Shown here in pieces: positions 8,209-17,768 of a DNA stretch of 64,000 nt. Every line of letters begins with the position of its first letter. Within the stretch, counting starts at the first letter, position 1. The stretch lies in NCBI GenBank assembly GCA_963820525.1, contig CAWGAA010000003.1:736001-800000 (forward strand), read 5' to 3'. Made by a program: the position numbers and the translations under genes. The notes beneath the pieces are model-generated. The model saw only the letters and a program-made list of their open reading frames with translations. It had not been told where the DNA came from and made no database searches. The stretch is from an uncultured Spirochaetota bacterium (GTDB lineage Bacteria; Spirochaetota; Spirochaetia; SZUA-6; Fen-1364).

Positions 8209-10361
8209 GCGCGCCGGTCGGGGAGGACGGAAGAGCTTTGGCTGACGGCGCGAAGGACAGGAGGAGACTCGAGGATTTCTGGACCATCGTCTGGCAGCGG
8301 AAGTGGATCGTCGGCCTGGCCGTGCTCGCCACTCTGGCCGCCGTCTACATCGGCAACTCCCTGGCGACTCCCGCCTACGAGGCATCCGCCACCCTCCATA
8401 TCAAGGAGCAGATGCCCTCCGTCCTGGGCGAAAGCCTCTACAGCACGGGATTCTCGGATCTCTCCCCCCTGGAGGAGATCAACACGCAGATGGAGATCCT
8501 CAAGAGCCGCAGCATGCTGGAAGAGGTGATAGCCAAGCTGGGGCTCGTGGAGGCGCTGGCGCCCGTAAACAAGGGGCTCTCCCAGAGCGAGAGGCTGCAA
8601 TCTACCATCGACATCCTCAAGAAGCGGATTTCTGTCGGCAATGTCACAAGCACGCGGCTCATCAGGGTGTCGGTGCGTTCGCGGGATCCCGAGCAGGCGA
8701 TGAGAATCGCCAATGCGATCTCCGAGGCCTTCATAGAGAGGAACGTCGAGTCGAAACGCAGCGAGGCGAACGCGGTTTTGGCTTTCGTGAGCGACCAGGT
8801 GAACCAAGTGAGCGCCAAGCTGGACAGGGCGGAAGAGGACCTGCTGAAATACAAGCAGGCGCAGCGGATAACGGATCTCCCCGAGGAGGCCAGGCTCAAG
8901 CTCGACAGGCTTGCCGAGCTTGAAAGCTCCTACCAGCAGGCGAATATCGAGCGGCAGATCCTGGCCACCCGAAACGCCGGCGCACAGAAGCTCTCGCCGA
9001 CGGACGATCTCCTCGCCGGCATTTCGAACAACCCGTCCGTGAAGGCGATGCAGGACCAGCTCACGGGGCTGGAGGGACGCCTGACGGAACTGGGACCGGA
9101 AGACCCGAAAGCCGCGGGACTGAAGGGCCGGATCGAGTCCCTGCGGAAGGACATCCAGACGGAAATCGAAAAGGCGCTTGCGCCGGGCAAAGGCACGTCC
9201 GTCAATTCGGTGCTCCAGCTCCAGCTGGCCGAATACAAGTCGCAGGATATAATCCTCGCCGCCCAGCAGGAGGCGCTGCGGAAGCTGATCGATGCCAACG
9301 AAGGGGAGATAAACAGGCTGTCCGCCCAGGATATAAGCCTCGCCAGGCTGGAGCGGGCCCGAAGGATAAACGACGAGCTGTACTCCGCCTTGATGAAAGC
9401 GAAAAACGAGGCGCAGATCGAAGCGATCAGCCAGATCGGGAACATCGACGTCATCGATCCGGCCGTGACGCCCCTCTCTCCCGTGAGCCCGCGAAAGCAG
9501 GAGAACTTCATCGTCGGCTTTCTGCTCAGCCTCCTGATGGGAGTATGCCTCACCTTCCTCCTGGACTACTTCGACAACACGGTGAAGACGGAGGAAGAGG
9601 TCAAGAAGCTGCTGGAGATCCCGCTCCTGGGATTCATCCCCCGGTTCCATCAGAACGGCTCCCTGTCCGGCGGCAGGAAGTCCCGGGAAACCTCCAGAAA
9701 CCTCTCCCTCTTCACCCGGGACGCGCCGAAGTCCTCGATTTCCGAGGCTTTTCGCCTGCTGCGGACCAACCTCTCTTTCATCGAGCTGGACAGGGGGCTG
9801 AAGACGATCGCCGTGACGAGCGCCGTGCCCGGCGAGGGCAAGACCACGATCGTCGCCAACCTCGCCGTCGCCCTGGCCGCCCAGGAAGAGAGGGTGCTGG
9901 TCATGGACGCCGATTTCCGCGCCCCCGCCGTCCACAAGATGTTCGGTTTCCCCCATGCTCCCGGCTTCACCAACATCCTCACGGACCGCCTGAGCCCCCA
10001 GAGCCTGATCAGGCGGGTCAGCGGGGTTCCGAACCTGAGCATCATCACGAGCGGCCCCATCCCCCCGAACCCTGCGGAGATCATCGGCTCCTCGCGGATG
10101 AAGGAGCTGATCGATGAGCTGCGCGAGGGTTTTGATCGGGTCATCTTCGATGCGCCCCCGGTCCTCGGGGCCACGGACGCCGTGGTATTGGCTTCCCGCG
10201 TGGACGGCACGCTGCTGGTCCTCAGGACGGGAAGAATCGACAGGAGGGCAATCACGAGGATGAGGGAGATCCTCGGAAACACGAGAACCAACATCCTCGG
10301 GGGAATCCTCAACGGGGTCGACGTGGGGGACAAGCGATACAGCTACTACGGGTACTACTAA
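8205..10361 (+). CDS. wzc: Polysaccharide co-polymerase / tyrosine autokinase (PCP-2a)
   Basis: Wzz-type N-terminal TM, long periplasmic coiled coil, P..PVSP + TM2, EAFRLLRTN, Walker A GEGKT, DADFR, FDAPP, and C-terminal Tyr cluster YSYYGYY. Confidence 0.93.
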   Translation: MSAPVGEDGRALADGAKDRRRLEDFWTIVWQRKWIVGLAVLATLAAVYIGNSLATPAYEASATLHIKEQMPSVLGESLYSTGFSDLSPLEEINTQMEILKSRSMLEEVIAKLGLVEALAPVNKGLSQSERLQSTIDILKKRISVGNVTSTRLIRVSVRSRDPEQAMRIANAISEAFIERNVESKRSEANAVLAFVSDQVNQVSAKLDRAEEDLLKYKQAQRITDLPEEARLKLDRLAELESSYQQANIERQILATRNAGAQKLSPTDDLLAGISNNPSVKAMQDQLTGLEGRLTELGPEDPKAAGLKGRIESLRKDIQTEIEKALAPGKGTSVNSVLQLQLAEYKSQDIILAAQQEALRKLIDANEGEINRLSAQDISLARLERARRINDELYSALMKAKNEAQIEAISQIGNIDVIDPAVTPLSPVSPRKQENFIVGFLLSLLMGVCLTFLLDYFDNTVKTEEEVKKLLEIPLLGFIPRFHQNGSLSGGRKSRETSRNLSLFTRDAPKSSISEAFRLLRTNLSFIELDRGLKTIAVTSAVPGEGKTTIVANLAVALAAQEERVLVMDADFRAPAVHKMFGFPHAPGFTNILTDRLSPQSLIRRVSGVPNLSIITSGPIPPNPAEIIGSSRMKELIDELREGFDRVIFDAPPVLGATDAVVLASRVDGTLLVLRTGRIDRRAITRMREILGNTRTNILGGILNGVDVGDKRYSYYGYY

Positions 10362-10398
10362 ACGGTTCCCGTTCCACGGCCGGGTGAATCGGGACCGT
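10362..10398. terminator. Imperfect hairpin between convergent wzc and GT genes
   Basis: ACGGTTCCCG...CGGGACCGT inverted repeat with one bulge, immediately after the wzc stop. Confidence 0.35.
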
Positions 10399-10433
10399 GC
10401 GGCGGGGCAAGGCCATGCGCTGGCCGGTTCCCT

Positions 10434-11600
10434 CTACCCGCCGCCTTCGCCGCGAAGGACGAATCGCACAGCTTCCCCCAACCCTGCCGCTGCGGAGGCG
10501 AGAGCGTTCCCGGAAATCAGATCTCCAGCCCTGCGGCCCATTCTCCCCGCCTTCGACGGATCATCGATGAATAGCTTCATCCTCTCGGCGAGCTCCTCCG
10601 GCTGATGGGGATCGAAAACAATCCCGTTTTCTCCCTCGATGACCAGTTCGGACGCGCCCGCCCATCGGGAGCAGAGAACGGGCTTCGAAAAGGCCATGGC
10701 TTCCAGCACGGCCATTCCCCAGACATCCGTAAGAGTCGGGAATACGAAGACGTCGGCGAAATCGAAATATGACCCCAGCCGCCCGTATTCGACCCACCCC
10801 GCCCACGTGATGAGATCCTGCACGGCGAGCCTTCGAGAGCGCTCTTCGAGCTCTGCGCGCTGCGGCCCATCTCCGACCATCAGCACGGTGAAATCCCTCC
10901 GGCCCTGCGCCGCAAGAATCGCGCAGGCGTCCAGGAGGAACGAGAGGCCTTTGAGATGCGCTATCCGCCCGACGTACAGGAAAACGGGACGCCGCAAGCC
11001 GACAAGCCCCGATCCCGCCGGCGCCCCTACCGTGGACAGGGCGGCGGCGCACGGGACGAGATACGGCCTGCTGAAGACCCTGCCTTCTTCCGCTCGAAGC
11101 ACGTCGATCAGGTATTTGCGGCCCATGCGCGAATTCGTGATGAAAGCGTCCGCCCGCCTGGCCATGGCTTTCCTCATCAGCAGGCGGGTTTTCTTGCGCA
11201 TCGAATCGACGCCCGGGGAACTGCCGTCATACACGACGATCACTCTGAACCGAAACACCATCCGCAGAACAAGGGAGAGGGCGCTCCACGCATTGAAGCC
11301 GCTTGCGAAAATGACGCGGGGCCTGAAGCGCGCGATGTGGTACATGGCCCGCACCGGCAAGAGCGTCATGACGAGGTTGTGACTCCTGTCCGCCTTCTTG
11401 AGCGTGAGATTCCTGGCCCTCCCGACAAACCGATGCGAGAAAGATCCGGCATACTGCGCCGGGATGACGGTGCGCAGGCATGAGAAAACGGTCGTGCGGG
11501 GAAACAGCCGGGAAAACTCCGCCAGGATCGGATACCAGTAATACCCGCGCGCCATGAAGGGAATAAGCCACGCGACTGCGGGGCTCTCGCTTCTTTTCAT
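10434..11600 (-). CDS. Glycosyltransferase family 4 (GT-B)
   Basis: LYVGRIAHLKG, VGDGPQR, DVFVFPT..DVWGMAVLEAMA. Start MKRSES has a GGAG RBS and overlaps the wzx stop. Confidence 0.9.
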   Translation of the reverse strand: MKRSESPAVAWLIPFMARGYYWYPILAEFSRLFPRTTVFSCLRTVIPAQYAGSFSHRFVGRARNLTLKKADRSHNLVMTLLPVRAMYHIARFRPRVIFASGFNAWSALSLVLRMVFRFRVIVVYDGSSPGVDSMRKKTRLLMRKAMARRADAFITNSRMGRKYLIDVLRAEEGRVFSRPYLVPCAAALSTVGAPAGSGLVGLRRPVFLYVGRIAHLKGLSFLLDACAILAAQGRRDFTVLMVGDGPQRAELEERSRRLAVQDLITWAGWVEYGRLGSYFDFADVFVFPTLTDVWGMAVLEAMAFSKPVLCSRWAGASELVIEGENGIVFDPHQPEELAERMKLFIDDPSKAGRMGRRAGDLISGNALASAAAGLGEAVRFVLRGEGGG

Positions 11601-12904
11601 ATTCTCCTGTTTACATGGCGCCGCAGAAACAGGAAATACGCGATTCCCGTGACGATGCTCGCCAGAACCATGCCCGCGGCGGCGCCATTGGTTCTGAAAG
11701 CATACACGAGGTACAGCCCGATCGTCAGCGTGAACAACGCCCCCACGGTCTGGGACCAGAATAGAGAGCTGGTTCGCTGAACCGATTTCAAGCCAATGAC
11801 GAGTCCCTGCGTCACGGCCCCCGCCAGGGTCGCAGCCCAGAGGTAGGGGAGCAATGCAAGGAAGCCGCCGTAGTAGGGGCGGCGGTAGATGAATACCACC
11901 ATCCATTTCTGTGCCAGGAGAAGGAATGCGAGGTACGCGCAGGAAAGGGCGACGTTTGCCGCAATGATCCTTCGAAGGATCGTCCCGAGGGAACGATCGC
12001 CGAGGCTGGCATGCTTGCGGGAAACAAGCGGCAGGAAGAGCATGCTCAACGCCGTCAGGCTCTGCTGCAGGGGTCGGAGGAAATTCTGCATCGCCTGGTA
12101 TGCGCCGGCTTGTTCCAGGCCGGCAAAAGACCCCACGAGAGGGATATAGAGGGTGCCGCTCATCCAGAAGACGAACGCGGAGCCGACAATCCATTTCCCG
12201 TACTGCCAGTGCTCCGACGCCACACTCGCGATGGCTCGCGATGCCGTGCGCCAGATCATCTCCTTCAGCCTCATGCCGAGGGAATAGAAAATCACGACGC
12301 CCGCCGCGACGCTGGCTGCCGCCATTGAGAGAAACGCGGAGAAAGTCGACGCCATCCTCCTGTCATGGATCAAAAACAAGGCGCCCAGGAGGACGAGGCA
12401 ATAGAGGAAACTTCCCCGCACGGCGAGATCGGGACGAGTCTGCGCATAGCACGCCGCGCGCAGCAGCCAGTAGAAAAGAATGAATGGCGAAGCGGCGGCA
12501 AGAGCAAGTATGGAGAGCGCCAGCGAGGACCCCGAAGCCTTCTCGACCAGTCCCGCTATCGTCAGCACCACGCTCAAGCCGATGGCCAGCCCGCCGTGAA
12601 GCCAGACGAGAGTGTAGGTATAGCGCCGCATTTCTTCTGCGTGGCGCGAGGGTCCCACGACGTATATCGGGTCCAGGATGAAGGCGTTATGAAAGCCGGA
12701 AATGAAGAGGAAAATCGAGAAGGCGATCGCGTAGATGCCGTACTCGGCGGGAGAAAGCCACCGGGCCAATACGAGGGTGAGGAGGAAGTTGGATCCCGAT
12801 GCGAGGCCCTGATCAAGAACGCTGAACAGGGATTTAACGCCCCACTTCTTCAGGAGAATCCATGCGGAATCGATCAGCCCTCTCAGGCCATGGAGGGAAG
12901 GCAC
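11597..12904 (-). CDS. wzx: Polysaccharide flippase (Wzx/MOP family)
   Basis: About 12 TM segments, DQGLASGSNF..LARWLSPAEYG N-terminus, AGAYQA motif, and location within the polysaccharide cluster. Confidence 0.8.
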   Translation of the reverse strand: MPSLHGLRGLIDSAWILLKKWGVKSLFSVLDQGLASGSNFLLTLVLARWLSPAEYGIYAIAFSIFLFISGFHNAFILDPIYVVGPSRHAEEMRRYTYTLVWLHGGLAIGLSVVLTIAGLVEKASGSSLALSILALAAASPFILFYWLLRAACYAQTRPDLAVRGSFLYCLVLLGALFLIHDRRMASTFSAFLSMAAASVAAGVVIFYSLGMRLKEMIWRTASRAIASVASEHWQYGKWIVGSAFVFWMSGTLYIPLVGSFAGLEQAGAYQAMQNFLRPLQQSLTALSMLFLPLVSRKHASLGDRSLGTILRRIIAANVALSCAYLAFLLLAQKWMVVFIYRRPYYGGFLALLPYLWAATLAGAVTQGLVIGLKSVQRTSSLFWSQTVGALFTLTIGLYLVYAFRTNGAAAGMVLASIVTGIAYFLFLRRHVNRRI

Positions 12905-13797
12905 GCTCCCTCCTTCGCGGCAATGAGATTATTGACGCCTGATGGAACGCGGGGCGGATGGATTGGCGTGCAGTCTTCTCCGTCCCGGCAGCACCAGATG
13001 CGATACCCGTTGCGCGCGAGGAGGGCGAACAGCTCTTCGGGTGTGTACCCGAAGCTGGCATAATTCTCCGGCTCGTATTCGAAGATCCAGACCGGCGCCT
13101 CTTCCACCGGGAGCTTCAAAAGCGATGCCGAGCCGAGAAAAACCATCAATTCCGCACCCTCGACATCGACTTTCACGAGATTGGCTTTTTTCCTCTTCTG
13201 GGCGAAGTAGGTGTCCAGCCGAATCGATTTCACGCGAATGGCCTTCGCCACTTCGCGTCCCGGGAGGCGGACCGTCTTCCTCTTCAGCGCGGAAAAGGTC
13301 GACTCGGCGCATACCTCGAACTCTCCCGTCCCATCGCAATCCGAGACGGCGCACTCCCGCACAAGCACGTTGTCCAGGCCGTTGCTGGCGACGTTGCGCT
13401 TGAGAAGATCGAAAATCCGCGGATTCGGCTCGAAAGCATGGACTTCACCGTCACGCCGGACCGCGCGCGCTCCAAGCAATGTGTATTTCCCGATATGGGC
13501 GCCGACATCGACGAAAGTCATTCCCGGCTTCAGGAACCGCAGGACGAGCTTTTCAGTCTCGGGTTCGGAATAGCCCTGGTAGAAGAGCAGGGAGCCCTGC
13601 CCGTCATTTGCTACGGCAATCGTGAAATGCCCATGGAACGGGAGCAGCCAGGGCTTGCGAAAAAACCTCCACCGGAGCCGCCACAGCAGGCGCCGCCAGA
13701 GGGCTCGAGCGGGATTGCGCCGGAAATCCGAACGTCGGATGAGGCCCCGTGCCAGGAGACGGTATTGCTTGAGGGAGATTCTCGGGAATGATCTCAA
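12883..13797 (-). CDS. FkbM family SAM-dependent methyltransferase
   Basis: FVDVGAHIG, HAFEPNP and KVDVEGAE motifs. Confidence 0.88.
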   Translation of the reverse strand: MRSFPRISLKQYRLLARGLIRRSDFRRNPARALWRRLLWRLRWRFFRKPWLLPFHGHFTIAVANDGQGSLLFYQGYSEPETEKLVLRFLKPGMTFVDVGAHIGKYTLLGARAVRRDGEVHAFEPNPRIFDLLKRNVASNGLDNVLVRECAVSDCDGTGEFEVCAESTFSALKRKTVRLPGREVAKAIRVKSIRLDTYFAQKRKKANLVKVDVEGAELMVFLGSASLLKLPVEEAPVWIFEYEPENYASFGYTPEELFALLARNGYRIWCCRDGEDCTPIHPPRVPSGVNNLIAAKEGACLPSMA

Positions 13798-13817
13798 TCG
13801 AAAGTCCCCAGGGCACT

Positions 13818-13922
13818 ACTATAGTGGAATGCCGCGCACGTGTCCATGAAGGAGCATCGGGCCTGCCCCGCGCGGTGCGCTTTCGAGATGCAATTGACGA
13901 AAGACAGCCGTTCTGGTATCGA
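13818..13922. promoter_or_regulatory. Divergent sigma70-like promoters inside the polysaccharide locus
   Basis: Minus strand TGGACA-17-TATAGT upstream of the FkbM gene. Plus strand TTGACG (13894)-17-TATCGA just before ATG 13928. Confidence 0.5.
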
Positions 13923-13927
13923 TACGA

Positions 13928-16536
13928 ATGAGAGAGGACCGACACTCCAGGGAGGCGAATTCCATCGCAAGGTCTCAGAGGACCTCCCCAGAATCCTCCG
14001 TTCGCGATCGCAGCGCCAAGAGGTCCGCGCAGTCTCTGCAGCACACGGCGGACGAGATACTCCAATTGCTGGAACACCGGGGGATCCCGTACTGCATCCT
14101 TCACGGCTATCATGAATCGCGGCCCGATCTGGCTTCCGATCTGGACATCGCCATGCACCGCGGGAAAGTGAAAGAGCTTTTCCATCTGCTGTGCGCGCAG
14201 GATACCGCCCGATGCATTCAGATCATCGAATACGGGACCACAGGCTATTGTTTCGTCCTGGAGAACCGGGACGGTCTCGCCGTCCGTTTTCTCCCCTTGG
14301 ATTTCACCACGGAGTATCGCCGCAAAGGGCATGTCTTTTTTTCGTCGGATGAGCTTCTTGCGGATCGGCGCCGCGCGGGACGCTCCTGGATCTCGTCCCC
14401 GTCCGTGGAATTCCTCTACACGCTCGTCAAGAAAACGCTGAAGGGCAATTGTCCCGAGAGACAGCGAAAACGCCTGCAGGCCCTGAGCCTCGAGCTCGGC
14501 GAGGACGCCGCCACAAAAGTACAGCGGCTCTTTGGAAAGAAGCTGGCGGATCGCATCCCCTCCTGGTTGAGCGATGACGGCTCGAGTGCCTTCCAGGAGA
14601 ACCTCCCTCTTCTCCGTCGAGCCCTCCTGCGAAAAACGTTCCCGCTCAGCCCCCTCGCTCTCCTCCGCTACTGGCTGCCGGAGATTGGGCGGCTCTGGCG
14701 GCGAATCCGCCGTCCCACGGGCATGTTCGTCGCTGTTTTCGGGCCCGACGGCGCCGGCAAGAGTACGCTCATCCGGCATCTTTCAGAGCGCGTCAGAAAG
14801 GCTTTCCGAAACAACGATCGTTTTCATCTGCGTCCGGGAATCATGCCGTCGCGATTAGCAGCGATCCCGGCGGATGATCCTCATGGCAGGCCGCCGCAGC
14901 CATGGATTCGCTCCACCCTGAAGATCGCCTATCTCCTCCTGGACTATTCGCTGGGGTACCTCTGGAGAATACGCCCCAGGCTCTCGAGGTCATCCCTGGT
15001 TCTGTTTGACCGCTACTACGATGACCTGATGGTGGACTCACGCCGCTACCGGTATGGCGGACCTCCATGGCTCGTCCGTCTGGCTCGCCGACTCGTTCCC
15101 ACGCCCGATATGTACATGTTCCTGGACGTTTCCGAAGATGAGCTTGAAGCCAGAAAAAGGGAGATGTCTCGCGAGGAATTGCGGCGGCTGCGGGGGGCAT
15201 ACCGGAAGCTGGCTTTGCAGCTTCCAAACGCCATCCTCCTGGACGGGTCTCTCCCGGCGGCGACGGTGGCCCGCCATGCAAGCGAAATGGTCCTCCATTA
15301 CCTGAGAGATCGGTGTCGAAGGAGCTTTCGACGGCGGGGCGGCGGCGACCGCCGCGCCATGACAAGCCTTCTTCTGCAGATGCTGGGCGATCCTGCTGGG
15401 GGCGATTCGACGGATCAAAGACCGGGCAGGGGGTACGCGCTCCTCCCCCTGGATGATGGAAGGGGCTTGCTTCTTCCCCTCGAGCGCGGGCGCACCGCAT
15501 CGAGTGCCCTGGGGCTTTACAGCGCCCAGAGGCCGAGGGCGAGGGCGGTGAAGGCCCTCCTCGGCGCGGGAATGAGGTGCGGCGTCGCTCAGCCCTTCCT
15601 CCGGAGGATCGGGCCGGACGAAGGCTCCGTCGTGTTTCCCCTGCTCGAGCACCTGGCGCAGATTCTTGGACGGAGCGACCTGAGCTTCGCCATGTCGCTC
15701 GGCACACCGGGCCCCGATCAAAAGCCCGTCATCCAGGGGACCGCTCCGGATGGCAGCGTGCTGGCCTACGTCAAAGTAGGATGGAATCGGGCGACGAAAG
15801 ATCTGGTGCAGAGAGAAGCTGAGTTCCTGACCCGGATGAAGAGCATCGACATCCACTCCTGCGTCATACCGGAGCCGTATCATGCGGGCTCGTGGAAAAA
15901 TCGGTTCCTCCTCGTCCAATTGGCGCCTCAAAAGAAGGCGCTTCCCGCGCCGCGGGAGATGACCCAAAAGCATGTGTCGATTTGCCAGGAATTGGCGGGC
16001 ATCCATACCCGTCGGCAGCCGCTCACGGAGGCCGCATTCTGGTTGCGCCTCGTCCAACGGGTCCGGCGGATCCCCAACGCCTGCCTCCGTCACCTCATTT
16101 CGCGCGGAATGCGCCGCCTGGAAGCACAGCTTGGCGGACTTCGGCTCGCTTTTCATCTCTGCCATGGAGATTTCGCTCCCTGGAACATGCTATCGTTGAA
16201 TGGGACGCTGTTCCTCTTCGACTGGGAGTACGCGGATTGGGAAGGGCCGCCTGGATACGACCTGTTCCATTTCAACTTCCAGACCAGGCCCTGCTCCAGA
16301 GACAGCCGCCCGCGCGGATCCGAAAGGAGCTTGGAAAAAACGGGACGTGCGCGAGCTGGATTGGGCGCTATCTGCAGGCACTGGGAATGGGAACGGAGCT
16401 TCTCGAGCCCCTCCTTTTGCTTTACCTGCTGGACCGATTGACCTTCCGCGCCCTTGACGAGCGTGAGAGCTTCTCGACGCTGCTCCGTCTTTCAACGATG
16501 GTCCACCTGTGTCTGGAGGAGGAAGAGAGGCCGTGA
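13928..16536 (+). CDS. Three-domain protein: nucleotidyltransferase-like + thymidylate-kinase-like P-loop + APH/choline-kinase-like phosphotransferase; one-base frameshift near 16288
   Basis: IPYCILHG....SDLDI and LPLDF (NTase fold); VAVFGPDGAGKST and FDRYYDD (dTMP kinase-like); YVKVG, HGDFAPWN, FDWE, YDLFH (APH-like). The -1 frame continues QRQPP...LYLLDR to TGA 16536, which overlaps the next GTG start. Confidence 0.7.
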
Positions 16537-17768
16537 TACAGCGCCTGAGGGTCCTGGCATCGGCATACGCGTGCGAGCCGGAAAAGGGATCCGAGCCGGG
16601 CATCGGTTGGAACCTGGTACTGCAAATAAGCCGCTTCAACGAAGTCTGGGTCATCACGCGGAAATCAAACGAGGATGCCATTCGCCGGGCGGGACATCCC
16701 TTGCCACATGTCCACTGGTCATTCTACGATCTGCCCGTCTGGGCGCGTTTCTGGAAAAGGGGGCAGCGGGGAGTCCATCTCTATTACCACCTCTGGCAGG
16801 CAGGCGCATATCTCCAGGCCAGACGGCTGTCCAGGAGAGTCCGCTTCGATCTCGCTCACCACGTCACCTTCGGGAACTACTGGATGCCCAGCCTTCTGTG
16901 GCTTCTTCCCGTGCCCTTCGTCTGGGGGCCGGTCGGCGGCGGCGAGTCCGCCCCTGCCGCACTGTGGAAGTCCTTCGGGGCGCGGGCGAGGCTTTTCGAG
17001 CGCCTGAGGGCCGCCGCGCGCTCGCTCGGCGAGAGCAATCCCCTGGTCAGGCTCGGCGCCCGGCGAGCCAGCCTTGCGCTCGCCGCTACTCCCGAGACGG
17101 CGGCACGTCTGGCGCGGCTGGGGTCCAGAGAGGTGAAAACCTTCGGAAACACGGGCCTGGGGGAGGAGGAGATCGAGCGGCTGGGCTCCGTGCCCGTTCG
17201 GGACGACGGACCTCTTCGGCTGGTGAGCATCGGGCGGCTTCTCCCGTGGAAGGGCTTCCATCTGGGGTTGGAGGCCTTCGCCAGGCTGCTCGCCGCTTTT
17301 CCCGGGAGCACCTATGGGTTGATCGGCGACGGGCCCGAACGTCCCCTGCTGGAAGCCCTCTCACGGCGATTGGCAATTGCCGGCGCCGTCACTTTTCGGG
17401 GACGGCTTCCCCGGCCGCGCGTCCTGGAATCGATGGCGGACTACGACGTCCTGGTCCATCCCAGCCTGCACGATTCGGGAGGCTGGGTCTGCCTGGAGGC
17501 AATGGCCGCGGGACGTCCCGTGATCTGCCTCGATCTGGGCGGGCCGGCGCAGCAGGTGTCCGAAGAGACGGGCTTCGCGGTGCCCGCCTTTTCACGCGAG
17601 CAGGCGGTCGAAGGATTGGCGCGCGCCATGAGGAGCCTCGCTTCCGACGCGGAAATGAGGAAACGGATGGGTGAATCCGCCAGGAAAAGGGCGGCGGAGC
17701 GTTTCGCTTGGAGCAGGAAAGGGGAGCGGATGAGAGAACTGTATGCACGCGCCCGGGAGAGGATCTAG
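16533..17768 (+). CDS. Glycosyltransferase family 4
   Basis: SAYACEP..GSEPGIGW, PFVWGPVGG, GRLLPWKG, HPSLHDSGGWVCLEAMAAG. GGAGGAGG RBS. Confidence 0.9.
   Translation: MIQRLRVLASAYACEPEKGSEPGIGWNLVLQISRFNEVWVITRKSNEDAIRRAGHPLPHVHWSFYDLPVWARFWKRGQRGVHLYYHLWQAGAYLQARRLSRRVRFDLAHHVTFGNYWMPSLLWLLPVPFVWGPVGGGESAPAALWKSFGARARLFERLRAAARSLGESNPLVRLGARRASLALAATPETAARLARLGSREVKTFGNTGLGEEEIERLGSVPVRDDGPLRLVSIGRLLPWKGFHLGLEAFARLLAAFPGSTYGLIGDGPERPLLEALSRRLAIAGAVTFRGRLPRPRVLESMADYDVLVHPSLHDSGGWVCLEAMAAGRPVICLDLGGPAQQVSEETGFAVPAFSREQAVEGLARAMRSLASDAEMRKRMGESARKRAAERFAWSRKGERMRELYARARERI

Noticed and set aside
11881..11888. ops/JUMPStart-like GGCGGTAG
   Set aside because: It lies inside wzx on the non-coding strand rather than in an operon leader, so it is likely chance.
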